From Scyliorhinus canicula (taxonomy: Eukaryota): a stretch of DNA of 64,000 nt. Of the stretch, positions 35,831 to 46,529 are shown piece by piece (the stretch's first letter is position 1; each line of letters opens with the position of its first letter). The notes beneath the pieces are model-generated. The model saw only the letters and a program-made list of their open reading frames with translations, ran no database searches and had not been told where the DNA came from. The stretch spans positions 248,001-312,000 of the forward strand of contig NW_024055476.1 in assembly GCF_902713615.1 (NCBI RefSeq), in the 5' to 3' direction. Both the position numbers and the translations under genes were made by a program.

Positions 35831-36814
35831 TGCTCAAAGTTTTGACACAGAGTTATCCAGACACGAAACGTTAGCTCCTTTCTCTCATTTGAATGCAACA
35901 CAAGGTACACAATGTAAATACATAGACAAAGGCATCGGTTGAAACATACAGGCATGTGGAATTAACTGATGTGCAAAATGATTTCTCACAGGTATGAGCA
36001 CCTTCGCTTAAATTGTTCAATGATTCATTCAGGGTAAATCGTCAAACAATATATTCTACTTACTTATTTTAATTTTTCACTTATAACTTCTAATGAATGA
36101 AAATCTACCAGGATAATAATACTATCTTTTTGTACTGGAGGAGAAAGCCTGGCGAGAGACTGGCTGAATATTCCCTGGAATGAGTCGAGCTCTAGATTCA
36201 AAGCATGGGAAACGATCTCATTGAAATGTTATTAAATCTCTTGGAACCTACCAGCACTTTTATTGAGAAGCTGTTTCTCCACCTAAATAGTGTTAAAGTA
36301 AGGATTCGATTTTCTGGAGAAGGGATTGAGGCTAGAGTTATGAAAAATAGCTGAATTCACACAGTTGCAAAATTTGCATTTCTCGATGACATTTGGTTGT
36401 CGTTGTACGTGGACATATTCAAGGTTGATGTTGATAGATTTTGAGGCACTGTGTGATTTCGAGAAAAAAGGGACAGAGCAGAATCATGGATTTCACCTGG
36501 AGGTTCAGTCCCGATCGCACTAAATGGCAAAGCAGAATCTCGCTTTTCTTATGTTCCGAAGGGAAAATCTCTGAAGAAGGGTTGAGACAGAATAGAAAGG
36601 ACTGGACACACAAACCTGGTAATTAGAACCCAGCTGTCTACTCTACACCTAGTTCAATTTTCGGCACTTGGCAAGTCAGCCGAGAGAAGGGAAAACTGGT
36701 GGCAGGTTCCTCATGGCTGCCGAAGATCAATTTCACCCCATATGTCAAGAGCAAACATTCTGGAACTGCAAGATATATTTTGATTTATAATCTAAACCAA
36801 ACCCTTTGGCTTTG

Positions 36815-37722
36815 CTACTTGACTAAGTTTACTGTGAGATTACCAAGATATTTTACCGCATTCCTCAACTCTTCTCTGAATTTTCTCTGCGTCACTGCAT
36901 AAATGCACGTGTTGGTGCAGCAGCTCAGCAGTTGAAGCATGTTTCCACTTTCTTGGCGAATAAATCTGGGGTCATTGAAATTGGATCCTCCGAAATAAGG
37001 TTCATTTGTAATTTTCACGTACAGGAAATCGACAACATACGTCATCCACAACAGAACGAAGCTTCCGGAGATGGCGAAGAGTAAGACAATAGACTTCCTC
37101 CTGTTCAGCATCTCTGGATCACTCTGATTCTCACCACTGCTGTTATCCCGGAGTCTCCGGCGGGATCTACTGGCCGCCATGATGTGCCTGACGGTCAGAG
37201 CATTGAATAGCAAAATCAGGAGGAAGGGCAGACCTGGATTTAATACATGCGCAAACCAGTCACAGGCTGTCCATGCAAGTGAGGTGGAGAAGCTTGATTT
37301 TACGTTACAAAACCACGGCACATTGTTCATTATAAAGAGTGGTTCATAAATAAAGTACCAGGGAACGCTTTTGAAACAGCTCAACAAACAAACGGTTCCT
37401 ATCACCACAGCTGCTGTTTTCTCGGTGCAATAGTTTGTCTTCAGTTTCTGGGAACAAATGGCGATATAACGATCAAAGGTGAAAGCGACGGTTAACCAGA
37501 CAGAACTCTCGGTGGCCGCATAGATTATCACGGTGCTCAGAGTGCATGCTGGAGTCAATGACATGAAGCTAACTGGAAAATAGATGCCAATAATCCGATT
37601 GAATATGACAGCAGTGACAACGACTAGGAGATCAGTCACTGCCATAGACACCAGATACCGAGTGATGCATTTGGAGAGACCACACCTTCCCCTGGAGAGG
37701 ACCGCAATCGCCACCAAGTTAA
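36815..37722 (-). CDS. Class A GPCR, GPR139/GPR142-like, main coding exon (phase-1 acceptor); exon 1 not located
   Basis: tctctcag acceptor, then VNLVAIAVLSRGRCGLS...TDLLVV...FTFDRYIAIC...CCTNTCIYAVTQRKFREEL; TM1-TM7 open. Confidence 0.88.
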
Positions 37723-37789
37723 CTGAGAGATACAAGGAGATTTAAATTGTAAAATTACTAAACATATTCCAACCATGCACATGGCATAA

Positions 37790-38525
37790 TTGTGACTTTT
37801 TACAGTACATCTTCGTTATGGAGGACACCTAACATAGTTATTCCAACAATATGGCCCCTCTTGTTTGTAAATACTGAAGAAAAATACTTGTTCAAGACCT
37901 CTCCTATCTCTTCAGACTCAATACACAATCTCCCGCTACTGTCCTTGATCGGACCTACCCTTGCTCTAGTCATTCTCATATTTCTCACATATGTGTAAAA
38001 GGCCTTGGGGTTTTCCTTGATCCTACCTGCCAAAGATTTTTCATGCTCTCTCTTAGCTCTCCTAATCCCTTTCTACAGTTCCTTCCTGGCTATCGTGTAT
38101 CCCTCCAGCGCCCTGTCTGAACCTTGTGAGGGAACCTTGTTTCTTCAGCCTTACATAAGTCTCCTTCTTCCTCTTAACAAGACATTCAACCTCTCCTGTC
38201 AACCATGGTTCCCTCACTCGACCATCTCTTCCCTGCCTGACAGGGACATACATATCAAAGACACGCGGTACCTGTTCCTTGAACAAGTACAACATTTCAC
38301 TTGTGTCCTTCCCTGACAGCCTATGTTCGCAACCTCTGCACTTCAATTCTTGTCTGACAGTATTGTATTTACTCTTCCCCCAATTGTAAACCTTGCCCTG
38401 TTGCACGCACCTATCCCTCTCCATAACTAAAGTGAAGGTCACAGAATTGTGGTCACTACCTCCAAAATGCTCCCCTACTAACAAATCTATCACCTGCCCT
38501 GGTTCATTACCAAGTCCTAAATCCA
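37790..38525 (-). mobile_element. CR1 ORF2 fragment (inverted 5' part)
   Basis: GNEPGQV...SDHNSV and AGRIKENPKAFY motifs on the - strand. Confidence 0.88.
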
Positions 38526-38529
38526 AAAA

Positions 38530-38815
38530 TTCAAATTATGACAGTATAATTTGAATAAATGCAAAGTTATCGACTTTGGTAGAAAAAGAAGAAGGGAGAC
38601 TATTATCTGGTTGGCCATAAATTAGGAGAGGGGAACATGCAAAGAGACCTGATCACTGAAGGTAACCATGCAGGTACAGCAGGTGGTAAAGAAGACAGAT
38701 GGTCTGCTGGCCTTCATGCCGAAGGATTCGAGTACAGGAGCAGGGTTTAACTTGCTGCAATTATACAGGGCCATTGCAAGGCCATACCTGGAATATTGTG
38801 TGCCGTTTTGGTCTC
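38530..38815 (+). mobile_element. CR1 RT fragment (ERV target); continues at 45537-46200
   Basis: CR1 RT C-terminal motifs; 38666-38815 duplicated at 45537-45686. Confidence 0.85.
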
Positions 38816-38817
38816 GA

Positions 38818-39162
38818 TAAGGAAAACTCAGAAACAATCAGTCATGAATAAGAGCAAGTTAGTTTATTTCTTAACTCTACAGAGGACACCTTCCTCTCTC
38901 TACAGGAGGGAGAGGAAAGCGCGCCGAGCGCAGCAAGCTACAGTCTTCACACATTCAAAAGATACCAGTCAATCTCCATTCCATATAAGGAGTTGTTTTT
39001 CTTCTAGCTTTACTATCTCGACCTTCAGACAGCTGGGATATCAGTTTTTCTCTCTCTCTCTCTAACCGTGCACACACACACACACACCCTTACGCCTGCA
39101 GCTTTAGTTAATCACACCATTAAGCAGTTATTCAATATTAAGTATTAAAATTGTCCATTACA
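38818..39162 (-). repeat. 3' LTR (U5 end truncated); PPT at 39163-39177
   Basis: Starts TGTAA on -, preceded by AAAAAGGAGGGAAT; near-identical to 45218-45536 plus 44839-44869. Confidence 0.92.
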
Positions 39163-39400
39163 ATTCCCTCCTTTTTGTCATCTTAATAACAACATCTATC
39201 AAAATTTTAATCGCAGCCAGTCACCTAAGCAGTATCTACATTCCCTTATTGTTAAACAAATGTTTGCTCAAAGAACAGACATCAGGAATCATCGTACTCC
39301 TGTAGATTTTTCAATAATACCATCATTAATCTTTGGTACATAAAATGGGAATCAGGTTGTCATTATAGCTATATGATACAGAAGATTAGTCTATTGACAG

Positions 39401-39785
39401 TTAATTCTCGAATGGAGGTATCCACTGGTTTGCCTCCTCTAAGTCAACTTGTTCCCTTGCTGCTGTTGTGTCAGATAGTTCCAACATCCGGTAACTGCGG
39501 GACAGGTTTGCTATAGCTGCTTTCTGTAGGCATTGGCAGATGCATGGTCCAGTTTTGGGGAGTCCTTTCGCCGTGGTCGCCACCACCAGGTTCCAGTTGT
39601 ATGGGCCACAAGTGTCCCGGCATAAGTACTTATCATCTCGCAAGTATTTAGAGTCATAGGGCCACGGGTCACACGTAAATGTGCCTGTCTCTCCTCTGGT
39701 TAATGTCACTGTAACTTATCCAGCCCAATACGCTTTTCCCATTACCAGTTCCAGCATAAGCATCATGATAAGCGACCCCTTTCAT
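39401..39785 (-). pseudogene. env: env-position ORF remnant (signal peptide, N-terminal about 50 aa fused to C-terminal tail)
   Basis: MKGSLIMMLML.LVMG signal-like peptide (frameshift and stop), VTVTLTRGETGTFTC...KYLCRDTC, then PCICQCLQK tail; no SU/TM body. Confidence 0.65.
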
Positions 39786-39799
39786 GTTGATTTGTCCGG

Positions 39800-40975
39800 T
39801 GTGAACTCGGGCTCCGGCACCCGCTTACAATGACTAGCGTGAATGCACGTTGCTCTTTCTGCTACCTATATCGCTGTCTGCGTCACAAGGTGCACCTGGA
39901 ATGGTCCCAGCCACCGTCTAGCTCTCCAGCTCTTCCAACTGAAGTCTTTCACCACTACCCAGTCGCCTGGCTGCAGGTCATGCAACTTCCCCTCAGCCGG
40001 TCGTGGCAGCGCTTCCTTCACTTGAGCTTGCACCTGAGATAAAATCGCAGAGAGTTTTGTACAGTAACGTAACATTTCATCCTCACAATGGCTAGTCAGG
40101 GTCCTCGCGACGGGTTTTGGCCCAATTCCAGCGTTGGGTGGTCTGCCGAATAATATTTCAAATGGACTTAAATTGGCTCTACCTCTGACCCTAGTCCTCA
40201 TGTACATTAGTACTACGGGCAGGGCTTTCGTCCATGGTAGTCCCATTTCATCGCAACACTTTGCTAGCTTATTTTTCAGAGTGGCATTTTCCCTTTCTAC
40301 CGCTCCTCCACTCGCTGGATGGTATGCACAGTGTTGCCTTAGGTCAATGTCTAGATATTCTCCTACCTGCTTAAGAGCCTGGTTTGCAAATGGCGTGCCA
40401 TTATCAGTGCTGATTTTCTCTGGGATGCCCCATCGTGGAATAATTTCAGTTAGCAGGGCTTTGGTAACTGCACTAGCATCTTGTTTGGCTGCAGGGAACA
40501 CCTCTACACACTTAGAGAACATGTCAACCATTACTAGGCAGTATTTCTTCCCTTCACTTGGGGTTAGCTCAATAAAGTCCATTTGAATATGCTCGAAGGG
40601 TCTCAGTGGTTCTGGGTGCGCCCCTGGGCTTATCTTAATTCATCTCCCCACATTATTGGGAGCACAAATAACACATTGCTCACAAGATTTCTGAGAGTAA
40701 CTAGTAAAGCCTCTGGTGTACCAATGTGCAGCGATACTCTTGAACAACCCTCCTTTTGACACATGGTCCTTGCCGTGTGTCAACTTAGCATAAAGAGGAT
40801 ATAGGGCTTTCGGTAGACATGGCTTCTCATTGGGGCTGCACCATACCCCTTTTTTTTTTACCTTACCCCGTGCCTTTGACCATTCTTTCTTTTCTTCCCG
40901 TGAGGCTTGTGTTTGCAGGTCTTGTATGTCCGCTGTTGGGATAGGAACTGTTAGCATTAGCATGTTTACATTATC
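39800..40975 (-). pseudogene. pol: ERV integrase (HHCC and DDE core), frameshifted
   Basis: HGKDHVSK...CEQCVIC; MDFIEL...VDMFSK...STDNG...VERENATLK. Confidence 0.92.
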
Positions 40976-40987
40976 ACTGATAGGTTT

Positions 40988-41990
40988 TCACTCTGCTGCT
41001 TTCGCTGCCGCATCCGACCTTGCATTTCCCTGTGAGACTGGATCGGTTTTCCCTATATGTGCGTCACACTTACAGACTGCAATACACTTAGGTAAGAGGA
41101 CTGCGTCCAAGAGATCAGAAATCAGCCCATGGTGCGTGATTGGTTTGCCTGTTGATGTTAAGAATCCCCTATATTTCCACAAGGTTCCGAAATCACGAAT
41201 CACCCCAAAGACATATCTACTGTCTGTGTAGATAGTAATGGACTTGCCTTCTGCAAGTTTACATGCTTCTGTAAGGGCTATCAGTTCCGCAGCTTGTGCG
41301 GAGAGGCGTCTAGGAAGCGGCTCTGCTTTTAGTATGTTGTGTGATGTGACTATGGCATACCCCACACAGTTCTGGCCCGCTTCTCGATCTCTGAACGCAG
41401 ACCCATCCACAAACAGTTCCATGTCGGGATTTTGTAGGGGGGTATCCTGCAAGTCAGATCGCGGACTACAAACGTCATTAGTTAGAGCAACACAATCATG
41501 TGGTTCCCCATCACCTGCGGTGGGAAGAAGAGTGGCGCGGTTAAGTATGGTACACCTTTTCACTGTAATGTTTGGCATTTCCAGCAGGACCGTGTTATAT
41601 CTTAACCACCTTGCTGCAGACATATGAGCTGTTTTTTGCTCTACGAGAAGTAGTGAGACTGCATGTGGTACCAACAAAGTTATATGGATTCGGAACATTA
41701 GGGGCTCTGGCCATATCAGCATCATTGACTGCCTGCAAGTCCTGTACAGACCTCCATCCCTCGGGTTCTCCCGGGAGAGTCGCCTTTTTTACAGGGAAAA
41801 TCGGTGTACGCACTGGTGAGTTTTCGCAGGGTACTGTGACTCCCGCTTTCAATAGTGAATTGAATACGGGGGTGATCCCTGCTACCGCTTCGGGTTTTAG
41901 CGGATACTGTGTTCTGCATGGTCTATAATCAGACTTTGGTGTAATCTTTACGGGCTCACAATCGTGTATTAGACCCACATCATGTTTTCC
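40988..41990 (-). pseudogene. pol: ERV RT N-terminus fused by deletion to connection/RNase H
   Basis: QYPLKPEA...TPIFPVKK...VQDLQAVN...VPNPY jumps to TLLVPHAV...LFVDGS...AQAAELIAL...YTDSRY; no YxDD. Confidence 0.9.
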
Positions 41991-42601
41991 CTTTGCCCAA
42001 AGTTTCCCCAGAACTGTCTGCAGTCGCGGGTCATCGGCAGTAATTTGTACAAAATCCAGGTTGTTCCCCTATGGCTCTGGTCCGAGGCGGGGACTATTTC
42101 CACCACTCTCTCTGCCTGAGATAGCCAGTTAAGATTCTTTTTATAAGCTCGCATACTCGTACTGAACCACACAGTTGTGTCTGAAAGCAGTGTCCAGTCA
42201 TTGACTTTGAGATTTTTAAGGACCCACGGTCCCAAATCTTTCCATTGTCTATTGCGCCCTTTCGCTAACGATACATGGGGGTGTGACCCTTCTATTGTAA
42301 AGGGGTGTGGTACTCCCGTTCTCAGACGTATTCTAGATAGGTCTATACTTGCAGCGCACCTATGCTCATCCCAATATAACTCCCGTATCAGCAGCACCTC
42401 AGACGTTTGCAACTTCCCGAGCCATTCATTCTCATATCGATTATCTGGTCCCTCCAAGTGAATGTCTGCGGTGCAGCGCAGATTCTCCTTGGACATAAAG
42501 TCAGTGTTAATAGGGTTAACGCGTTCGCATGCTTCTCCCATGAGTGCTCGGTTTACTGAACTCACAGCCGCTGGAGTCAATCTCCATTCATAAATATACA
42601 T
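41991..42601 (-). pseudogene. 2H-phosphoesterase-like domain preceding RT in pol
   Basis: Motifs LRCTA (H>R) and PHVSL about 67 aa apart. Confidence 0.65.
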
Positions 42602-42783
42602 CAGAGGTCTGGCGTCAAATTTAACTCCTTGGATTCGTGCATCACACTCTCTATAGTCTGTGTAAGGTTTTCAAGAACGTTAGTACAAGAGGTTAGCTTA
42701 AGCGGTTCTTCATTGCAAAGCATCAAGGTTTTGGACTCACCCTCTCCTTCAGGCATACCTCCATCGTCTTCTCCTCCCCTTTG

Positions 42784-44386
42784 TCAATTACCATTGTCAT
42801 CATCGTCTCTTGGCCCTTCTTGTCTCTTTGTTGGGCAGTCTCTTGCCCAGTGGTCCTTGCTTCCCCACGTGAAACACCCATCTGTCTTACCGCATCCTCG
42901 CCCTCTACCTCTTGTCCGTCCTCTACCTCTTCCTCGTTGCTGATCTTCTGCAACCTGTGTCACCATCTGCATCATAGTTAGCTGTGCTTGGTGACTCTGA
43001 TCCTCCCTCCTTTTGTTCCGATTCGCCTTTTCTTGTGTCAGTAGCTTTTCAGTGTGTATGGCGTGTTTTTCGATTAAGTTGAGTTTCCCTGTGTCCCATG
43101 TAATACATGTATTTTTCACCTTCTTAGCGATATCGTCACTTAATCCATTCATAAAACTGTTCCGCAGATGTGCCTCATACGGAGTCACTTCAGCTGTATT
43201 CATGTCAGCTGGTGGTGTAAGTCCACTATGAGCGTTATGGACTTCTGTGAGCCGGGTCAGGTACTGGGACACCGATTCACCGTCACGCTGCTAACACATG
43301 GCAATTTTTGTCATGTCCATTCTTACCGGAAAGGCAGTTTGACAGGCGTGTACCAGACCTGTAACAAAGGCGTTATAAGGCACATTATCTGCATGGTCTG
43401 GTTGAACTTGGCGAGCTCGTACATTATCATCTGGCCAATTGTATCGGATCTTGGAGATGTCTGCGCCCAATTTCCTCCCCAATAATCGCCGCATCTCATG
43501 ATACGTGGAGCGAAATTCGAGGCAGAACTGACGTACCTCGCCTGCAAATTTCTGGCCTCCCACTTCTCTGGGATCCGGGAGTTGTTCATAGGCACATTCA
43601 ATGTCTTTCATTGTCCACGGTCTGTGGACAAGTATCGGTTGTCCTTCCGGGCCCGCCACCTCTATCATTGGAGCATTGAGGGCACTGCCGAGAAATTTAC
43701 TGTCTCCTTCCCTTTCTTCGTCGCCTTTGTGATAATTAAACGGTTCTGGTGCATCTGGGAGGGCAGATTTAGGTCTTCACGACGCCTTACTCTGGGTATG
43801 GTGTGCTACTGGGGAGTCAGCTGTCGTCATGGTACTGATATCTGGGTAAAGGGGGTGACGGTCAGCTCCTGATGGTAGAGTTCCCATGGATGTCTCAGGC
43901 GTTCCCCGATGGGGGTTCACTATATGGTGGAGGGCTCGGTCGCGACTGTTGGCCTGGGTTCGTGGGGGCCACTTGAGGAGAAGCCGTTGGGCACGGGAGG
44001 CAGCCATCCAGGTCGGGATCATCCGGAATTGGGTGACCTGAAATAGACTTAACACTCTGAAGAGAGTTGGTTTTATTTGCAGTTTCTTTGGGTTTCGCCT
44101 GTGATCGTTTATTTCTTATTTCTGCCTCAGTTTTCCACATACCGTAAGCCGCCCAATTTATTGTTTCTCTTTCCCTTTTGCTTTTCTTTCCACTTTCTTT
44201 TGCCCTCTGTTCTAACTGAGTTTTTAATAATTCCAATTGTCTTAAACTAAAACTTCCTCCTTCAGGAAAACCACACTCCTTCACCCACATTTTAACTTGA
44301 CTCACCGAGTCTTGTCCATAATTAGTAACCATGTATCGTATATTAGGGCTATTTAAACTTGCAGCATTTGTTTGTTTTTTTCCCAT
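42784..44386 (-). pseudogene. gag: ERV gag (3 frameshifted pieces), ending in TGA-CAA readthrough context
   Basis: MGKKQ Gly2 start; PPPY late domain; CFTWGSKDHWARDC knuckle (C>W); frame stays open for 60 codons after the stop. Confidence 0.9.
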
Positions 44387-44805
44387 TGCTATTACCCATG
44401 ACCGGTGTCTTACTTGTGACCCAGACTCACAGCGACCTTATCCCTTGTGACTTGATATTCCTCCGGAGGCTCCCGCTCATAAGCGCGTCTGCTTAGGTAG
44501 CTTGGTTTTCCTAAACCAGCACACCAATACCTATCGTTTAGGTATTTTTACAGGTCCAACCTGTTTGATAGATCCAAGTCTAAATCCACCTGTCACTGTG
44601 AGACTGTTCACCACTGTCTATAATTAATAATAGAGCAATTCCTTACCACAGATTTCAGTCCGGATCCTGGTGTTGAGGTGACACAGTAATTCCTGGTCCT
44701 CTCACGCTGATGGCCAATTGAAGCATTTGAGATGAGGTGAAAAGCCCTCAAGGCGTCAGCGCTAACGCCTCCCCTGAATCTCCCAGTGTCTATCTCAAGC
44801 ACAGG

Positions 44806-44824
44806 ATCCCATCCTTCGTCGTCA
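44806..44824 (-). promoter_or_regulatory. Primer-binding site complementary to tRNA-Ser(GCT)
   Basis: TGACGACGAAGGATGGGAT vs expected TGGCGACGAGGATGGGAT. Confidence 0.75.
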
Positions 44825-44829
44825 AGAAC

Positions 44830-45536
44830 TGTGGTGGGAAAAGGAAAACTCAGAAACAATCAGTCATGATTGGCAGCACGGTAGCATTGTGGATAGCACA
44901 ATCACTTCACAGCTCCAGGGTCCCAGGTTCGATTCCGGCTTGGGTCGTTGTCTGTGTGGAGTCTGCACATCCTCCCCGTGTGTGCGTGGGTTACCTCCGG
45001 GTGCTCCGGTTTCCTCCCACAGTCCAAAGATGTGCAGGTTAGGTGGATTGGCCATGATAAATTGCCCTTAGTGTCCAAAATTGCCCTTAGTGGTGGGTGG
45101 GGTACTGGGTTATGGGGACAGGGTGGAGGTGTTAACCTTGGGTAGGGTTCTATTTCTAAGAGCCGGTGCAGACTCGATGGGCTGAATGGCCTCCTTCTGC
45201 ACTGTAAATTCTATGTAATGAATAAGAGCAAGTTAGTTTATTTCTTAACTCTGCAGAGGACACCTTCCTCTCTCTACAGGAGAGAGAGGAAAGCGCGCCG
45301 AGCGCAGCAAGCTACAGTCTTTATACATTCAAAAGATACCAGTCAATCTCCATTCCATGTAAGGAGTTGTTTTTCTTCTAGCTTTACTATCTCGATCTTC
45401 AGACAGCTGGGATATCAGTTTTTCTCTCTCTCTCTCTAACCTTGCACACACACACACACACACAAACGCCTGCAGCTTTAGTTAATCACACTATTAAGCA
45501 GTTATTCAATATTAAGTATTAAAATTGTCCATTACA
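44830..45536 (-). repeat. 5' LTR containing a V-SINE insertion (about 44872-45215)
   Basis: TG...CA ends; SINE absent from the 3' LTR; ATGA duplicated at the SINE edges. Confidence 0.92.
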
Positions 45537-46529
45537 CCATGCAGGCACAGCAGGTGGTAAAGAAGACAGATAGTCTGCTGGCCTTCATGACGAAGAATTC
45601 GAGTACAGGAACAGGGTTTAACTTTCTGCAATTATACAGGGCCATGGAAAGGCCATACCTGGAATACTGTGTGCAGTTTTGGTCTCCTTATCTGAGGAAG
45701 GATGTTCTATCTATGGAGGGAGTGCAGCGAAGGTTTACCAGACTGATTCCTGGGATGGCAGGACTGACATACGATGATCGATTGAATTGGTTAGACTTGT
45801 ATTCGCTGGAGTTCAGAAGAATGCGGGAGAAACGCACAGAAACCTGTAAAATTCTAACAGGACAGGACAGAGCATATGGAAGTACTCGAAGCTGGGTGTG
45901 TCCAGAACCTGGTGTCACAGTCTGAGGATACGGGGTAGACAATTTAGGACAGAGATGAGGAGAAATGTCTTCGCCCAGAGAGTGGTGAGCCTGTGGAATT
46001 CGTTACCACAGGAAATAGTTGAGGCCAAAACAGAGTATGTTTTCAAGAAGCAGTTAGATACAGCACTTATGGCGAAGGGGATCAAAGGATATGGGGGAGG
46101 GGGGGGCGAGGATTAGGCTATTGAGTTGGATGATCAGCCATGATCATAATGAATGCAGAGCGGGATTGAAGAGCCGAATGGCCTCTTTCTGCTATTTTGT
46201 CGACACTACATATGTCTCTACGACTCATTCTCGTCAACGTCTAGGTACATTTTCTAAAGAGTTAATATAGAACCTGAAGTGCGATTTCCAGAACTGTACC
46301 CAAATATCCATTTCAGGGAGACCAGTTGTTTATCAACGGTCACCAGCAATTTCTCTCTTTTGTATCATGCACATGTGTTCTGAAGCCCACCAAATCGTAT
46401 GTTTTAATAATCACTTTAACAGCTACAGTCAACGAATTTTGCCCAAATAGTTCAGGTCTCTTTCTTCTTTCATGCAGTTTAAACTTTAAGTGAATTGTTT
46501 ATTTTGTGAGGACAGAGATTTTATTTTTT

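Larger units (their letters stand above)
38818..45536 (-). mobile_element. Internally deleted epsilon-like endogenous retrovirus (LTR-gag-pol-env remnant-LTR)
   Basis: Paired LTRs, PBS, PPT, gag with Gly2 and CCHC-like knuckle, RNase H, integrase. Confidence 0.95.
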
